This document shows positions 41,716 to 51,772 of a DNA stretch of 64,000 bases, piece by piece (within the stretch, counting starts at the first letter, position 1; the number at the start of each line of letters is the position of its first letter). The notes under the pieces were generated by a model, which saw only the letters and a list, made by a program, of their open reading frames with translations, was not told where the DNA came from and did no database searches. A program made the translations under genes and the position numbers. The stretch is taken from IMG/VR virus record IMGVR_UViG_3300028549_003773, one strand, 5' to 3'. Source of the stretch: a virus. Taxonomy: Duplodnaviria; Heunggongvirae; Uroviricota; Caudoviricetes.

Positions 41716-41971
41716 AAATTAAAAGTATTACACTGAAAGGAAAGGAAGCTTACTTTGAATTAGGAGCAGGTGCCCCAGCGGTGACGAATATAAAATATTT
41801 AGAAGCTTCGATGGATTATGGTCAATTTGGTCATGAACCGATTTATGTAGTAAGGTTTACCGACCCGGCCAGCAGAGTGATTATTCCAGCAAGAAATGTA
41901 TGCATGTTTGAATTAGATACTAAAAAAGATGATGTAGCTGCAAAAGCTATCGAAAAACTTGGAGAGACTGC

Positions 41972-42652
41972 ATGAAAAAACTTATTTTGTTAGTAGCTGG
42001 ATATGGTTATGAGAAACCTTTTAAACAAATGGGTGAATTAGTAGAAGACATCGATTTGTTTATGCAATCGCCTGAAAAGTTCAAACTTGTTGTATTTACC
42101 GGTGGAGAAGATGTACACCCGGCAATGTATGGTCATACTTCACCAAAAGGTCTTTGTTATTTTAATGCGGCAAGGGATGTAAAAGAGCAAATAATTTATG
42201 AATTTGCTAAAGATAACAATATACCAATGACAGGTATCTGTAGAGGAAGTCAATTCCTAAATGTAATGGCCGGTGGTACATTAATGCACCATATAGATCA
42301 TCATGGAACAATGCATTATATTGAAACAATCGATGGTACAGTTATGAAAGTTACTTCAACACATCATCAAATGTGTGTGCCAGCAGAAGATGGCTTTGTT
42401 GTAGCTTGGTCTGAAACTAAAAGATCTGAAAGATATTTTGGCGATAAAGATGCTGAAGTAGCTTACGATGGTAAAGAAGTAGAGGCTATTTATTATCCCG
42501 ACAAGAAAATTTTCGCCGTACAATACCACCCGGAATACATGGATGATAAAAGTATGGGACTTACATGGTATAAGCAAGCTGTTCATGACCTGGTACATTC
42601 TACAACTGCTGAATTTAAGCGTAAGTATTTCAAACAGCAGATGGTAAAATAA
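41972..42652 (+). CDS. class-I glutamine amidotransferase-like / gamma-glutamyl hydrolase (second copy)
   Basis: VVFTGGEDVHP, TGICRGSQFLNV, VQYHPEYM. Confidence 0.7.
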   Translation: MKKLILLVAGYGYEKPFKQMGELVEDIDLFMQSPEKFKLVVFTGGEDVHPAMYGHTSPKGLCYFNAARDVKEQIIYEFAKDNNIPMTGICRGSQFLNVMAGGTLMHHIDHHGTMHYIETIDGTVMKVTSTHHQMCVPAEDGFVVAWSETKRSERYFGDKDAEVAYDGKEVEAIYYPDKKIFAVQYHPEYMDDKSMGLTWYKQAVHDLVHSTTAEFKRKYFKQQMVK

Positions 42653-42710
42653 AATAGGTAGTTAGTTGCTTTCTTAGTAACTAACTACTACAAATACGAG
42701 TGAAAAAAAA

Positions 42711-43238
42711 ATGTTATTTGAAAAAAATGTAGGTAAAGAAATTTTTGTACTTGTTGATGAAAGCAATAACCGTTGTTCTGCTACAATATATGACACAGCA
42801 GATATAGTGTTAAAGGCTTTTGCTAATAGATTGGCAACAAATATATCAGACGTAACTCTATATCATGGAGTACTATCAAAAGCATGCAGTATCCCAGATG
42901 ATGAAATAAGCTCAAACATAGACGTAATAATATTTATACCAGGTAGTGGTAATAGTTGTAAAACAATATCTTGCTTTAGTCTTGAGTATTTACAAAAATT
43001 AATACCTGCTATAGTTGGAAACCCGCCATCTAAACAAGATACCGATTACGTATCTATAATTGATGATACTCATAAAATACCAAAACAAAATATAGATAAT
43101 GTATACATATTTTATGGTTACTCCATAGAGTTACATTACACGTTTTATAAAACAGACTTGGATGAAGAAATTATATCTGGGAGTAAAAAAATTTATGCAA
43201 ACATTTCCTCAACTCAAACATACTCTGACGTATCATGA
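42711..43238 (+). CDS. hypothetical protein
   Basis: 175-aa ORF. Confidence 0.45.
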   Translation: MLFEKNVGKEIFVLVDESNNRCSATIYDTADIVLKAFANRLATNISDVTLYHGVLSKACSIPDDEISSNIDVIIFIPGSGNSCKTISCFSLEYLQKLIPAIVGNPPSKQDTDYVSIIDDTHKIPKQNIDNVYIFYGYSIELHYTFYKTDLDEEIISGSKKIYANISSTQTYSDVS

Positions 43239-43540
43239 TAAGAATTATTTCATATACAGAGGAAAGGCAGTTGGTTATTTAGATAGTAAACAATTCGCAG
43301 CACTAATGGAACATCCTGGAATTATGTCAAGAAAACTAAGTACGATGGAAACTAAAAGTTTTATCGACTTGGCTGATCCAAAGGATGCTATCGGAAATAG
43401 ATTAGTGTTTGTTATACAAGATTCCAAAGAAAGACAAGTAGCAATATCCAGCGTAATAAAAGAAGTTGATAGTTCATTAGATGGACAAGATGGACAATTT
43501 TCTTTCGTAGGTGAAGATCAATGTGAATTTTTCTTAGAGA

Positions 43541-44326
43541 TTGAAGGGGGGGCCTCTAATGATACTGTATAATTTTAAACCAATGCAGAAATTTATAGTT
43601 ACAGATGTACTATCTTCTTTAAAATACTCTATTGGTACTTATGGTCTGATTTATAATGCAGATCCAAGTGACAGTGAAATAAATGCTTCTTTAAGTGTAC
43701 TTGTAATAGGTAATGCTGATGAATTAATGAATAAACCTTTTTTCTCTGCTTTAAAAGTTCCAAACATAATTTGTAAAAGTTTTATGGAACATGGTTTATA
43801 TAATAAGTGTGATGATTCTATTCATAGTGAAGATTTAAAAATCAATTCTCTTCTGGATATACCAGATATAGACTTTTTATTCTTTATGCTTGCTAAAATA
43901 AGACATATAGAAAAGAGTATAAATTCCAGCAGTATGTATAGGGGACACTTGATTAATCATCCAAGATTAAAAAAGTTACTACGTGTGTATAACGATGCTG
44001 GGTCATTGAATGATGCTGCATTGAAACTTTTATATAAGCCACTTAAAGAGAAAAAGTATTTAATAGAAGAATTATTAAGAATGTCATCATTTATAAGCAA
44101 AGATATGGAATTAAGGGAAGAAGAGTACATGACTTCGTCACTAAAAAGTAAGATAGATTTTTGTAAAAGAACCGCAGTGTCCATTGCAGATGCAGCATTA
44201 CTTAAAGAATTAAATGAAATATCTTTAAAAAAATTTATGTCAACCAAAGAGCCGCCAAAAGATATGGAGAATGTGTATGCTGGAATTAGGAACAAAGATA
44301 ATAGTAATTGGTTCTGGCGTAACTAG
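43541..44326 (+). CDS. hypothetical protein
   Basis: 261-aa ORF. Confidence 0.5.
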   Translation: MKGGPLMILYNFKPMQKFIVTDVLSSLKYSIGTYGLIYNADPSDSEINASLSVLVIGNADELMNKPFFSALKVPNIICKSFMEHGLYNKCDDSIHSEDLKINSLLDIPDIDFLFFMLAKIRHIEKSINSSSMYRGHLINHPRLKKLLRVYNDAGSLNDAALKLLYKPLKEKKYLIEELLRMSSFISKDMELREEEYMTSSLKSKIDFCKRTAVSIADAALLKELNEISLKKFMSTKEPPKDMENVYAGIRNKDNSNWFWRN

Positions 44327-45059
44327 AAAAGCTGGGCCTCGTATTGGTAGTATTGGTTACATACTTAATATTGAGAATTTTGGTGAAGATTTAGCAGAAC
44401 ATAATGAGTATATAAAATTTTTCGCATCCGTATTATTTACAAGGTATGGTTTTCAAAAGAAAGAAAGACAAGAAATAAAAAGAGTCTGTTTATTCGTCCC
44501 TAATTTTTTCTGTCAAGATAGTAAAGAAATCCCTTTTAAAGTTCCAAAAATATATAACAACTTACCAGTTGTAGAACTTGCCCCTTTAGCAAGTTCTTTA
44601 GAAGAACACAAATTCATGCAACTTGCTATTAATCTATGCGTTAAAACAAAAACAAATACAAACTTATGTAAAGTAGCTTTTGATATAAGAGACAATGTTT
44701 TTGTAAAACCAGAAGTATTTAAAAACAAGTTAGCTGCTTCAACAATAATAGCATTACGCGACTTGCTATATTCAAAAACAAATATAGCTATCATAAATAA
44801 GTTAAAATCACTGTATAATACAGATAGAAAATCTTATGAAGAGTTATTAAATTTAACAATAGAGTTAAACATTTTATCAGGAAAAAAGATAGAATGTAAA
44901 CAGATACATGAAATACAAATGGTGTATCTAAACAACCTATTTAACGGTTTACCCTTGTATTTTGAACTAAAGTATTTCTCCTACGTAAAAAAAGTAATGC
45001 CGTTCTACAATGCCTTTAAGTATAGTCTGCTAGAAAAAGCAATAAAACTAAATAAATAA
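44271..45059 (+). CDS. hypothetical protein
   Basis: 262-aa ORF overlapping the previous gene by 56 nt. Confidence 0.5.
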   Translation: MCMLELGTKIIVIGSGVTRKAGPRIGSIGYILNIENFGEDLAEHNEYIKFFASVLFTRYGFQKKERQEIKRVCLFVPNFFCQDSKEIPFKVPKIYNNLPVVELAPLASSLEEHKFMQLAINLCVKTKTNTNLCKVAFDIRDNVFVKPEVFKNKLAASTIIALRDLLYSKTNIAIINKLKSLYNTDRKSYEELLNLTIELNILSGKKIECKQIHEIQMVYLNNLFNGLPLYFELKYFSYVKKVMPFYNAFKYSLLEKAIKLNK

Positions 45060-45073
45060 ATATTGGAGATAAA

Positions 45074-48000
45074 ATGCTCAATGCACTAGATATGGTGATT
45101 GGAAATTTCGTTAGTCAATTCAATTCTAGAGTTTTAACAAGAGCAAGTGCTCAAACTTTTTCTGCAGTTTTAGACGTAGTAAATTCAGAAACTGAAGTAA
45201 TTTTTAAAATGAAACGTGATGAAACCCAGCACGTGATATGCATACCAAAACCCTACGTTAGAGATAACGTAGTTTTGGTATCTATCAATGATATTGAAAG
45301 ATCAGTATCAAAGTATTATTGGAAACTTCACAATAGAGTAATGAATTATTGTGATGTTATATATGAAGTACTTTTTGGATTTCCAGTGCATATATTGCCA
45401 GAAAGTATGTTAAAAAGCAATACTTCTGTTATGCAACAATTAAGATACGCCTATGAAAATAATAAGTTAGCTGTAACTACTAGGAGCATTCAGAAGAAAA
45501 TAAATCATATAGTAAATAATCTTCCTATGCATGAAACAAACATGAATTCTTTTATCATGAATCATAGGATAACTATTTTTGATTTAGAATTTGACGTATT
45601 AACAAATCCTGAAGAACAGCATGCTTATCAAGTAAAGAAAAACAAAGAATTTTTTGATACTGGTTGGTCATCTTTAGGCTTGTCTGATGGTTGTTTAGCC
45701 AATAAGAATTATATGTTGGATTATGATTTGAGGAAGCTAACACCATTTGGAAGTAACTTCCATAATCCTCAAAGAAATTTATATTCTACCTTGGGTATGA
45801 AAGGTGATGAAACTCCTCTTGTGCACTCTGAGGAAACTTTTCGCTTAGCCCAAAACGGTTTAACAAGAAAAGGTTGGAATTTATTTACAATATTTGTTGA
45901 TGTACCAGATGTATGGGAAGATCAACTTATGGTAGATATAAGACATTCAAATAAATACATTGAGTATACAAAGAAATGCATGTGCCATGGAAAAGCACTT
46001 GTAAAAGTTGGTGATATATTGTATACTAATGATCCTCTTTATGTAAATAATTCAAAAGAAGTAAAATCCTTTGATGTCCAATGTGACAGTGCAGTAGTAG
46101 AGAAAATAGAGGAAAAAGAAAACAATATAGGTGGTGCACTATTTCCAGTACTTTTGATAACTGTGAAATATAAACGCTATCTTAAAGATGGTACAAAGTT
46201 GACAAATCTCGCGGCTAACAAAGGTGTTATTCGTATGAGAGATTTAGGTTATGCAATTAATCCAGTAACAGGTAAACAACAAAAGATAGACGTGATAGTA
46301 TCAGCTAAAGCAGTACTGAAAAGAAAGAATTATACTCAAGTACTCGAAGCTTTATTGAATAATATCAACGATAACAATGTAGTAGTTATCCCAGAGAATT
46401 TGGTAATAACCGAAGAAGCAATATCCTCAGCATTAGTATCTTCAGGTCATAATGCTGATGGTACTTGGTCTTGTCACACATACTCTGGTGACTTCAGATG
46501 TGTTGCTGGTAATGTATTTTGGGGTGTGACACATGATGCGGATGATACAGTGTGGCGTTCAGGAGCTACACATGTTGAAAATGGTAGAGGTTTAAGAGAA
46601 GCTGGCTTGAAATTTTCTACAATAGAATTTAGAGCGTTGGCTACACGTTTTGGAAGAGATAACGCTTTAGAAAAAGAAATACTATCATACGCCCAAGGAT
46701 ATGCAGATGTAAAAGAATTGCTAAGTATTTTAAATTGTCAACTTGGCAAAAAAGACTTAGCATACACCACCAAGAACATCTTTGATATAGCTCCTCTAAA
46801 TCAAGAAGCTGGTATAATGTTGATGGAAGAAGAGTTAGTTGGTTCTATAGTAGATCCTAATATGGAAGATAATGGTTTCATGTTAAAACTTCCTGTAAAA
46901 TATCAAATAGTCTTAGATAGAAAATCGAACATATTGACATGTGGTTTCCCTGTCAAAGTAGAAGAAAAAGTAGGTAACAAAGCTGTAGGTAAAGTAATAA
47001 TTATTGATTCGTTGTATGTTCCTTATGCGAACCTTAGAAAATGCTGGAAGCATGACATAGGCAAAGTTGGTTTGAATGATATAGGTAACGCATTGAATAC
47101 TATAGTAGTTATGTCACATAGCTATTTGAAAGAAAACAGTAATATAACCTTATCAATGTTGTACTCTGCCATTAGTACTTATTTTTATACAGTATCAAGT
47201 AAATTAAGTACAAAAAATGGTGAGTTAAGTGTACACACTATGGCTGTAAGATACCCACATTCTGTGAAAGGTGTAGCAACTCTTAGTAATACTTTACCAC
47301 GTAATACAGTTAGAATACATAGTGTCATGGCTTCTGAATTAAAATTGGTTGAAGGAGACATAGTACTTGTAGAAAGATTCCCTTGCTTGGGTTTTATGTC
47401 ACTCAGACCCCAAAAAGTTATGATTACTGACGACCCATTGTGTAGATTTTCTATACAAGTAAGTGGAAATAGTTTAGGATCCATGTCTTTGGATTTCGAT
47501 GGTGATGTTATTTATTTGGCAGCTTTCTATTCTGAGGCTTCCAAAAATGCACTCAAGAAAGAGTTAAATACACCTAATGAGCACTGTATAAAATATATAG
47601 AGGCTTTTAATTCAAAAATGGGTGTACCAAGACTTATGGAAATGTCATTACAGGATTACAAAATAGCACCTTTTGATAAGCTGACTTCAGATACACATGC
47701 TGAAATAGTTAGTAAACTTACAGGTGTAAAAAGTAATACTGGTCCAGTTGTTGCTTTGGCTTACAATCTTTTACGTATTATGGAAAATTCGGAATTAGCC
47801 GGAAATCAGGAAATAGAAAGTGGTATAGAAGTTTTTATAGATACTGTAGCTAACTCTGTTTTTAAGCAAAAACATGGTGTTAAGTCTTTACATAAGATCG
47901 TTATGGATGCAGTGTGTTCAGCTGACTTAGAAACTTTAGTTAGTGAAGGATTCGACCAAAAAATATCAGAAATAATATGTAGTAAGATACGCGAAAAAGC

Positions 48001-48337
48001 TGCTCAAATAGGAATTAAGGATGTAAAACAGTATCATAAATTAATTACAGAAGAAGGGGGTAGTAACGTAATTAATAGATTAGTACGTGAACAAAACATA
48101 CTGTACTTTACAAGTAGAGCTAATTTAGATAGTTGTAAGATTGTTAAAAATGTGGCAGATTTTGCAGTAGTGGATATACCAAGCAGTATCTTCACAAAAA
48201 TAATGAGTCTGAATTCAGCATTTGAGAAATCAGACTTGGCGGATTTAAATTCTTTGAAAAATCCTGAAGCATTTCATTATTATACCGGAGCTTTGAAAGA
48301 ACTAAATAGAATAATAAACACAGAAAAAAGTATTTAA
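45074..48337 (+). CDS. divergent multisubunit-type RNA polymerase catalytic (beta-prime-like) subunit
   Basis: ERFPCLGFMSLRPQKVMITDDPLCRFSIQVSGNSLGSMSLDFDGDVIYL aligns by eye with the beta-prime segment [43 protein letters not shown] (R-x-P-x-L ... P-x-x-V/L-x-I ... DFDGD); size 1087 aa. Confidence 0.65.
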   Translation: MLNALDMVIGNFVSQFNSRVLTRASAQTFSAVLDVVNSETEVIFKMKRDETQHVICIPKPYVRDNVVLVSINDIERSVSKYYWKLHNRVMNYCDVIYEVLFGFPVHILPESMLKSNTSVMQQLRYAYENNKLAVTTRSIQKKINHIVNNLPMHETNMNSFIMNHRITIFDLEFDVLTNPEEQHAYQVKKNKEFFDTGWSSLGLSDGCLANKNYMLDYDLRKLTPFGSNFHNPQRNLYSTLGMKGDETPLVHSEETFRLAQNGLTRKGWNLFTIFVDVPDVWEDQLMVDIRHSNKYIEYTKKCMCHGKALVKVGDILYTNDPLYVNNSKEVKSFDVQCDSAVVEKIEEKENNIGGALFPVLLITVKYKRYLKDGTKLTNLAANKGVIRMRDLGYAINPVTGKQQKIDVIVSAKAVLKRKNYTQVLEALLNNINDNNVVVIPENLVITEEAISSALVSSGHNADGTWSCHTYSGDFRCVAGNVFWGVTHDADDTVWRSGATHVENGRGLREAGLKFSTIEFRALATRFGRDNALEKEILSYAQGYADVKELLSILNCQLGKKDLAYTTKNIFDIAPLNQEAGIMLMEEELVGSIVDPNMEDNGFMLKLPVKYQIVLDRKSNILTCGFPVKVEEKVGNKAVGKVIIIDSLYVPYANLRKCWKHDIGKVGLNDIGNALNTIVVMSHSYLKENSNITLSMLYSAISTYFYTVSSKLSTKNGELSVHTMAVRYPHSVKGVATLSNTLPRNTVRIHSVMASELKLVEGDIVLVERFPCLGFMSLRPQKVMITDDPLCRFSIQVSGNSLGSMSLDFDGDVIYLAAFYSEASKNALKKELNTPNEHCIKYIEAFNSKMGVPRLMEMSLQDYKIAPFDKLTSDTHAEIVSKLTGVKSNTGPVVALAYNLLRIMENSELAGNQEIESGIEVFIDTVANSVFKQKHGVKSLHKIVMDAVCSADLETLVSEGFDQKISEIICSKIREKAAQIGIKDVKQYHKLITEEGGSNVINRLVREQNILYFTSRANLDSCKIVKNVADFAVVDIPSSIFTKIMSLNSAFEKSDLADLNSLKNPEAFHYYTGALKELNRIINTEKSI

Positions 48338-48349
48338 AAGGAGAAGTGT

Positions 48350-48706
48350 ATGGCAAAGAATATTGGTCTAAGTTTCAATAGGGTATCTCTTTTAGGAAGA
48401 GTTACAGGAAATCCAGCAGTCAATGGTGAATGGATTACTTTTGATTTGAAAACTACATTACCTAAATTGGTTGATGGTAAGTGGCAAGAAGCAGAAGTAA
48501 TGGTACCTATTTTGACAAACGACCCTAAGAAGGTAGAGACTATCAGCAATTTCGTGCAAAACGAGAGACAGCTTTACGTAGAAGGTTACATTGAAGCTTG
48601 GGAAGGTGGTTGTGGTGTTTTTGTTGGTCTTGTTAAACTTGGGTCAAAAACTATGTATGACCCAGAGCAACAAAATGGTCAACCTGCTGGTAGAAGAACA
48701 CCTTAG
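48350..48706 (+). CDS. SSB-like OB-fold ssDNA-binding protein (short)
   Basis: NRVSLLGRVTGNPAVNGEWITFDL resembles the SSB N-terminal strand pattern (NKV.LIGNLG.DPE); no acidic tail. Confidence 0.45.
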   Translation: MAKNIGLSFNRVSLLGRVTGNPAVNGEWITFDLKTTLPKLVDGKWQEAEVMVPILTNDPKKVETISNFVQNERQLYVEGYIEAWEGGCGVFVGLVKLGSKTMYDPEQQNGQPAGRRTP

Positions 48707-48804
48707 AGATTTTTGAATTAAATACTCGTAATGTGAGATAGCTACTATAGAAGCATACAAACTTTTATAGTAGCTATATAATTCAAAATCTTAAAGGAGA
48801 GTCT

Positions 48805-49206
48805 ATGACATCAAACGTAATACTAAAAAAAGAAGAAGTAATTGAGGTATCTGTAGAAAAACCTGTATCGTATGAAGACAGGTTAAAAGAACTAGAAATA
48901 AAAATGAAATCTATAGCACAAATGTTTTATATGTTCAAAAGAACAGGTATGCCTAAAAAAACTAAAAAAATAGTTGGTAATAACAAAAATGCTGAAGGTT
49001 TAGATTTAAATTCTTGTTTCATAGGTTATGTTGCAAATTCTAATTATCCATATGTATTGATTGTAAATGATGAAGGTTTATACAACATTGGAGAAAAAGA
49101 GTTTAAATCTCTAAAAGAGGCAACAAATTCTGTATTTGGTGACAATGCTGATGGACAAAGCTTGTGGCAAACTTTAGATGGAGTATTCATAAAAGAATTA
49201 ATATAG
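48805..49206 (+). CDS. hypothetical protein
   Basis: 133 aa; RBS taaaggagagtct. Confidence 0.5.
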   Translation: MTSNVILKKEEVIEVSVEKPVSYEDRLKELEIKMKSIAQMFYMFKRTGMPKKTKKIVGNNKNAEGLDLNSCFIGYVANSNYPYVLIVNDEGLYNIGEKEFKSLKEATNSVFGDNADGQSLWQTLDGVFIKELI

Positions 49207-49216
49207 CTGATAAACA

Positions 49217-50602
49217 ATGATTATAAAAGTAAGTAACACATTAACTGTAGATATAAAGGATGATCTACTACTGCAACTTGTAGTAGAAGATTTAACATAT
49301 GATAATCCTCTTTATAAAGAAGCTAAAAAAAGTGGTAGGTCAACAAGAGGACTAACACAGGTACTTAAAAATTTTACCTATGTTAATGGTAGTTACTTAC
49401 TACCTCGTGGATATTTTGAAAGACTTTATATTTTATCAAAAGAACTTGGAATACATGTAGAAATACAAGACGAAAGGTCAATAAGACCATTTGAATATGC
49501 ATATAAACATGATATAACTTTACGGGAATATCAATCAAAAGCTTTAAGAGGGTTAGTAAGTCATTCCGAAGGTGTTTTGTCAGCGCCAGCAGGTAGTGGC
49601 AAAACAATCATAGGTATCGCTGCTATACTTACATGTGGTCAAAAAAGCCTATGGATAACTCATACGAAACAACTTTTGTTTCAATTTGTCGATAGGCTTA
49701 AATCTTTAGTAAATATACCAGAATCAGACATTGGTTTAATATATAACGGAGATTGGGATACAGAAAAACCCATAACAGCCGCATTAGTTCAAACATTAAA
49801 AACAGATAATAAAAAACTTGCCAGTATATCTAATAATTATGGCACTATTATAGCAGATGAAGTTCACCATCAACCAAGTTCAACTTTTACAGAAGTTGTA
49901 ACTATGTTAAATCCATACTACTTGTATGGATTAACAGCAACTCCATTTAGAAGAGATGGTTTAGAAACACTGCTTTTTCAAAATATAGGACCTATTAGAC
50001 ATACAATAGATAGATCCGAAACATCTAGTAATATTATTGTACCAACAGTAATTAAAAGAATGTTAAAAACTTCTAACTTACCAGAAGAATTAACTTATCA
50101 AACCTTGTTAGCATTATTGACAAAAGATGATTACCGAAACAGTATAATATGTGCAGATGTAGTTAGAGAAGCAAAACTTGGTAATATATGCATAGTATTG
50201 ACGGAAAGAGTGTCACATGCAGAAATATTGTATAAGAAAATATTAAAACAATGGGACAAAGTTGGTATTATACATGGTAAACATTCTGACAAGCTAAGAG
50301 AAAAGACACTTACTAGTTTAAATAATGGGGAAATAACTGTATTAACAGCAACTACTCAACTACTCGGCGAAGGTTTTGATCATCCATCGTTAAATAGATT
50401 ATTTTTAGCTCAGCCTATAAGAAATCCAGCCAAGTGTGAACAATTAGTTGGAAGAGTTCAAAGGACAAGCCCTGGTAAAGTTGATGCTTTAATATATGAT
50501 TACATAGATGACCATGGATTAACTAAACACCAGTTTCAAAATTACGGAACAGGGAGTAGTAGATATAATGTTTATAAAAAACTAGGTTGTAATATAAAAT
50601 AA
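49217..50602 (+). CDS. superfamily-2 DEAD/DEAH-box helicase
   Basis: Walker A APAGSGKTIIGI; motif II IIADEVHH; C-terminal helicase domain TATTQLLGEGFD and QLVGRVQR (motif VI). Confidence 0.8.
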   Translation: MIIKVSNTLTVDIKDDLLLQLVVEDLTYDNPLYKEAKKSGRSTRGLTQVLKNFTYVNGSYLLPRGYFERLYILSKELGIHVEIQDERSIRPFEYAYKHDITLREYQSKALRGLVSHSEGVLSAPAGSGKTIIGIAAILTCGQKSLWITHTKQLLFQFVDRLKSLVNIPESDIGLIYNGDWDTEKPITAALVQTLKTDNKKLASISNNYGTIIADEVHHQPSSTFTEVVTMLNPYYLYGLTATPFRRDGLETLLFQNIGPIRHTIDRSETSSNIIVPTVIKRMLKTSNLPEELTYQTLLALLTKDDYRNSIICADVVREAKLGNICIVLTERVSHAEILYKKILKQWDKVGIIHGKHSDKLREKTLTSLNNGEITVLTATTQLLGEGFDHPSLNRLFLAQPIRNPAKCEQLVGRVQRTSPGKVDALIYDYIDDHGLTKHQFQNYGTGSSRYNVYKKLGCNIK

Positions 50603-50668
50603 TTTTTTTATTTACACATTGGTTTGTGTGGTAGTTTCTTTTAGTAATTTTTAAATTAAGGTATAAAT

Positions 50669-51772
50669 ATGGAATTAAAAAAATCTAGTACTATGTCAGC
50701 ATTACCAAGCGAAAATAATACAATTCGTATGTCAGAAGAACTACGAAAAAAAATGAACGTGTCTCCAGGAGATATTCTGGTTGTTAAAGGATTTCCGCTA
50801 CAAGTAAATAAACTTTTTGCAAAAGATATTTGTTCTAAAAACAAAGCATTTGTTTCTGAAAAAGTATTGAAAGAATTAGGTATAGAGACACATGAACTGT
50901 CTGTAGAACAACATGTGTCTATTGGGTGTGACCCAGAATTATTTTTAGTAGATACTACTACTAATAAGTTGTACAATCCAGGATTTATTGTAAAAAAAGA
51001 AGCAACTGTAGGTTACGATGGTATGTTAGCAGAGTTTAGGCCGCCACCAGATGTGGATCCAAAACAGGTGACTTACAATATATGGCAGCTTATAAAATCC
51101 CTAAAAAGTACATTAGAAAGTAAAGATCTTACTAATGTTAGAATGGTATCCAGATCAAGTGGTTGGGGTCTTTTTGCTGGTTTCCATGTACACCTAGGTA
51201 TCCCAAGAAATTTACTAAACCCAACAAAAGAAAATTATTTAAAAATTATACAAATCATAGTAAGTTCCTTAGATTATTACTTAGGTACTTTATCTGTGTT
51301 AGTAGAAAAAGATGATTACGAAAGAAGGTGTTCACCATTTACACCATATGGCAAAGTTGGTGATTTTAGAGCTGATAATCATATAACACTCGAATATAGA
51401 GTTCCTGGTGGGGCTTTGTTGAGTCACCCATATTTAACAGATGGGCTTTTAAATATAGCGTCTCTTATTACACACGATGTTATAGAGAGGGTGCGTATAA
51501 TTACAGATGATTTTCGTGGTGTTATTGATGACGATAAGGCGCTTTTGAAGCATATATACCCTAACATTGTTGAAACTACAAAAATGTATGATATTATATG
51601 TTCGCCAAACACAAACGCAGCAAGTATGGAGCTAGCTACCATACAAAAAGATTTAAGTTGTATGGTAAATTACGACTATTACAAAAAGTCTATAGATAGT
51701 TTTTATAATTTATTAAAAGTTAAAATATCAGATGATATACTAACAAACTGGGATAATACTTATGTACAATGA
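50669..51772 (+). CDS. amidoligase, GS/GCS2-fold carboxylate-amine ligase (copy 2)
   Basis: IGCDPELFLVD ... GMLAEFRPPP ... GFHVHLGIP parallels copies 1 and 4. Confidence 0.55.
   Translation: MELKKSSTMSALPSENNTIRMSEELRKKMNVSPGDILVVKGFPLQVNKLFAKDICSKNKAFVSEKVLKELGIETHELSVEQHVSIGCDPELFLVDTTTNKLYNPGFIVKKEATVGYDGMLAEFRPPPDVDPKQVTYNIWQLIKSLKSTLESKDLTNVRMVSRSSGWGLFAGFHVHLGIPRNLLNPTKENYLKIIQIIVSSLDYYLGTLSVLVEKDDYERRCSPFTPYGKVGDFRADNHITLEYRVPGGALLSHPYLTDGLLNIASLITHDVIERVRIITDDFRGVIDDDKALLKHIYPNIVETTKMYDIICSPNTNAASMELATIQKDLSCMVNYDYYKKSIDSFYNLLKVKISDDILTNWDNTYVQ

Noticed and set aside
43162-43572. Programmed frameshift between ORFs 42711-43238 and 43162-43572 (77-nt overlap)
   Set aside because: No slippery heptamer was spotted in the overlap. 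An internal ATG at about 43195-43237 gives a conventional start, so the overlap is probably from the track choosing the first ATG.
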